DNA of 62,833 nt, filler included. It is 4 parts of 4 records of this genome, joined end to end, with 100 filler letters (N's around TTAATTAATTAA, not from the genome) between each part and the next. Parts side by side here need not be neighbours in the genome. Positions count along the whole stretch, not along the records: positions 56,745 to 62,833 come from DRR723986_3416; 3 more parts are not named here. One strand, given 5' to 3'. Positions 60,067 to 62,833 of this stretch are shown piece by piece (the stretch's first letter is position 1; each line of letters begins with the position of its first letter). The translations under genes and the position numbers were made by a program. The notes beneath the pieces were generated by a model. That model was not told where the DNA came from. It did not search any database and worked only from the letters and a program-made list of their open reading frames with translations.

Positions 60067-61812
60067 TTATCGCATCTCTTGCGCCGGATTAACCCCAAGA
60101 ATACCAAGACCTGCCGCAATTACAATCGCCACGGCCTGCGCAAGCGCGATTTTTGCCTGCGAGGTTGGCGCATCGCCCTCTTGAATGAACCGAAGCGAGG
60201 TCACATCATTGCCGCGGTTCCAGAGCCCGTGGAAATCACCGGCCAGTTCATAAAGGTAGAACGCAACGCGGTGCGGTTCATTGGTACGCGCAGCGGTTTC
60301 AACCAAACGCGGCCATTCCGCCAGCTTGCGCAACACGCCCAACTCGGCCTCATGGTCCAGCTTGCCCAGATCAGCGCCCTTGATCGCGGCCTCGGATACA
60401 TCAATGCCCGCCTCAGCCGCCTTGCGCAGCACCGATGACACCCGCGCATGGGCGTATTGCACGTAAAACACCGGGTTTTCACGGCTTTGTTCCAGAACTT
60501 TGTCAAAATCAAAATCCAGCATCGCGTCGTTCTTGCGGGTCAGCATCACAAAACGGGTCACATCAGGGCCAACCTGATCCACCACATCGCGCAGGGTCAC
60601 AAACGTCCCTGCCCGCTTGGACATTTTGAAAGGCTCACCATTTTTGAACAGCTTCACCAGTTGTGTCAGCTTGATATCCAACGGCACTTTGCCATCCGAC
60701 AACGCCGAAACCGCCGCCTTCATCCGTTTGACATAGCCGCCGTGATCCGCGCCGAACACATCAATCAGCGCATCAAAGCCGCGCTGAACCTTGTCGTAGT
60801 GATACGCGATATCGGGCGCAAAATAGGTCCACCCGCCATCGGATTTCATCACCGGGCGGTCCACATCATCGCCATGTTCGGTCGATTTGAACAGGGTCTG
60901 AACCCGCGGTTCCCAATCTTCGGGCTTTTTGCCTTTGGGCGGTTCAAGCACGCCCTCGTAGATCAGACCTTTGGATTTCAGATCCTCCAGCGCAGCCTCG
61001 ATCCGGCCCGTACCATAAAGCGATTTTTCCGAATAGAAGACATCCATCTCGACGCCAAGCGCTTTGAGATCGGCGCGGATCAGATCCATCATCTGTTCCG
61101 TTGCAAATTCGCGCACCTCAGCCAGCCAAACGCTTTCGTCCTGGCCCACATAGGCATCGCCAACCTTGGCCTTGAGGGATTCACCAACCGGGATCAGGTA
61201 ATCACCGGGGTATGTCCCTTCGGGAAAGGCAACCTCTTGCCCATGCGCCTCAAGATACCGCAGGTACACGGACCGGGCGAGCACATCGACCTGCGCACCG
61301 CCGTCATTGATGTAGTATTCCCGCGTCACGTCATATCCGGCAAAATCCAGCAAGGACGCCAGCGCATCACCAAAGACCGCACCGCGCGTGTGGCCCACGT
61401 GCAGCGGGCCGGTCGGGTTGGCCGATACATATTCAACGTTGACTTTCTGCCCCTGCCCCAGCGTGCCGCGGCCAAAATCGGTGCCGCCGTCCAGCACGGC
61501 TGCTGCCACCTGTTGCCAGACAGACGCCGCAAGCCGCAGGTTCAAAAAGCCCGGCCCCGCCACTTCGGCAGAGGTGATCCGCGCATCATCCGCCAAACGT
61601 GCAGCAAGCGCCTCGGCAATATCGCGCGGTTTCATGCCAGCAGGTTTGGCCAGCACCATCGCGGCGTTGGTCGCCATGTCACCATGGGCCGCATCGCGCG
61701 GCGGCTCTGCGGTGATCGGGTCAAAGTTCAGCCCCTCGGGCAGCGCCCCCTCGGCAACCATCTGGTCCAGTGTGGCAATGATCAAACCACGGATTTCGGC
61801 AAAGATATTCAT
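60067..61812 (-). CDS. argS: Arginine--tRNA ligase
   Basis: [49 protein letters not shown]. Confidence 0.98.
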   Translation of the reverse strand: MNIFAEIRGLIIATLDQMVAEGALPEGLNFDPITAEPPRDAAHGDMATNAAMVLAKPAGMKPRDIAEALAARLADDARITSAEVAGPGFLNLRLAASVWQQVAAAVLDGGTDFGRGTLGQGQKVNVEYVSANPTGPLHVGHTRGAVFGDALASLLDFAGYDVTREYYINDGGAQVDVLARSVYLRYLEAHGQEVAFPEGTYPGDYLIPVGESLKAKVGDAYVGQDESVWLAEVREFATEQMMDLIRADLKALGVEMDVFYSEKSLYGTGRIEAALEDLKSKGLIYEGVLEPPKGKKPEDWEPRVQTLFKSTEHGDDVDRPVMKSDGGWTYFAPDIAYHYDKVQRGFDALIDVFGADHGGYVKRMKAAVSALSDGKVPLDIKLTQLVKLFKNGEPFKMSKRAGTFVTLRDVVDQVGPDVTRFVMLTRKNDAMLDFDFDKVLEQSRENPVFYVQYAHARVSSVLRKAAEAGIDVSEAAIKGADLGKLDHEAELGVLRKLAEWPRLVETAARTNEPHRVAFYLYELAGDFHGLWNRGNDVTSLRFIQEGDAPTSQAKIALAQAVAIVIAAGLGILGVNPAQEMR

Positions 61813-61863
61813 GTCAGTTTTCCTTGTTCACCGCCCGTGTACCACTTGGGAAGGCGCAGTCAA

Positions 61864-62833
61864 TCAGGCCTGCTCCTGACGGCCAAAAAGACGTTGATGT
61901 TCTCCAAGCGCAAAGCGGTCGGTCATGCCGGAGATATAGTCGGACACCATCCGCGCAAGCGCAGTGGCATCACCGCTGGCATCGGCCACCTGCCGCGCCC
62001 AATGGGGCGGCAGCAATTCGGGCTGTGCCAAAAACAGCGGGAACAGATCCTCGACCACTTTGGTCACTTCGGCGCGTTTTTGCATCACTGACGGGGCACG
62101 GTACATGCGTTTGAACAAGAACACCCGGATTTGCCGCAGATCCGCCCAGACAGGATCGGAAAACCGGATCACCGGGCGGCCCAAATGGCGGATGTCACGC
62201 GCTGACGTGGCCCTTGAGGCCGCCAACAATTCCCGCGAGGTGTCGATCACATCCGACACCATCACCCCGAACACCCGGCGCAAGGCCTCGTGCCGCCGCC
62301 GGTAGCTGTCTGTGTCAGGATAAAGCTGATCAACCGCCGCATAGGCCGGACCAACCATCGGCAGCTCGGCGATTTCCGCTTCGGTAAACAGACCGGCGCG
62401 CAGACCGTCATGTAAATCGTGGTTGTTATAAGCAATGTCATCAGACAAGGCCGCCACCTGCGCCTCTGCGCTGGCGTGGGTGTCCAGTTCCAGATCATGC
62501 ATGGCGTTGTAACCGGACAGGGCATGCGGCAATTCACCGACCACCGGACCGTTGTGTTTCGCAATGCCTTCAAGGGTTTCCCAAGTGAGGTTCAACCCGT
62601 CAAATTCGGCATAATGCCGTTCCAGCGAAGTCACGATCTTGATCGCCTGCGCGTTGTGATCAAACCCGCCATAGGGGGCCATCAACGCATGCAGCGCATC
62701 CTCGCCCGTGTGGCCAAATGGGGTGTGACCCAGATCATGGGCCAGCGCGACCGCCTCAGTGAGTTCCCCATTCAGGCCCAAAGCGCCCGCAATGGTCCGC
62801 GCAACCTGCGCCACCTCGATGGAATGGGTCAGG
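61864..62833 (-). CDS. dgt: Deoxyguanosinetriphosphate triphosphohydrolase (5'-truncated at window end)
   Basis: LTHSIEVAQ, AHDLGHTPFGHTGE, FDHNAQ, DDIAY..HD..DG, DYISGMTDRFA. Confidence 0.95.
   Translation of the reverse strand, partial: LTHSIEVAQVARTIAGALGLNGELTEAVALAHDLGHTPFGHTGEDALHALMAPYGGFDHNAQAIKIVTSLERHYAEFDGLNLTWETLEGIAKHNGPVVGELPHALSGYNAMHDLELDTHASAEAQVAALSDDIAYNNHDLHDGLRAGLFTEAEIAELPMVGPAYAAVDQLYPDTDSYRRRHEALRRVFGVMVSDVIDTSRELLAASRATSARDIRHLGRPVIRFSDPVWADLRQIRVFLFKRMYRAPSVMQKRAEVTKVVEDLFPLFLAQPELLPPHWARQVADASGDATALARMVSDYISGMTDRFALGEHQRLFGRQEQA

Noticed and set aside
60448-62091. 547-aa antisense ORF opposite argS (likewise 23919-25082, 42947-44026, 53500-54684, 55488-56696, 57970-59082)
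   Set aside because: Shadow ORFs on the reverse strand of well-supported GC-rich genes, with no recognisable motifs

Overview
The window is not one locus. It is four contigs joined by three artificial 100-nt linkers (N44-TTAATTAATTAA-N44 at 22879-22978, 30269-30368, 56645-56744), apparently from at least three organisms, so it is probably a marine metagenome or a concatenated assembly. Taxon assignments are judged by eye from gene content and protein style. Contig 1 (1-22878) looks like a Planctomycete (Pirellulaceae-like). It carries ggt, an esterase, a K+ channel, NIPSNAP, an M13 peptidase, a PfkB kinase, a BlaI/BlaR1(M56) pair with two TACA-NN-TGTA-type operators, and a tightly packed 7-gene minus-strand run. 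That run encodes a TIGR03960-type radical SAM, a CPA2/CBS antiporter, a small membrane protein, a tetraether-synthase (Tes/GDGT-MAS, MJ0619)-like radical SAM, a divergent Lgt paralogue, a cupin and a PhyH-type dioxygenase; it is the best candidate here for an undescribed lipid-coupling or lipidation system. Contig 2 (22979-30268) and contig 4 (56745-62833) are Rhodobacteraceae-like housekeeping regions (hflKC, gor, desaturase, rpiA, GST, sdaA; scpAB, nagZ, SPOR, argS, dgt). Contig 3 (30369-56644) is Hyphomicrobiales/Roseibium-like: mmsA/LysR, TPP riboswitch-thiOSGE, a PecS/PecM-like pair with operators, an FKBP-rhodanese fusion, sthA, trp attenuator-trpE(G), and ilvD. It also holds a likely exported caspase-fold pseudo-enzyme and an Amt-PAS-GGDEF-EAL ammonium-sensor fusion preceded by a sigma54/NtrC-type promoter. 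No rRNA, tRNA, CRISPR array or mobile element was recognised. All assignments come from motif recognition by eye; no searches were run.
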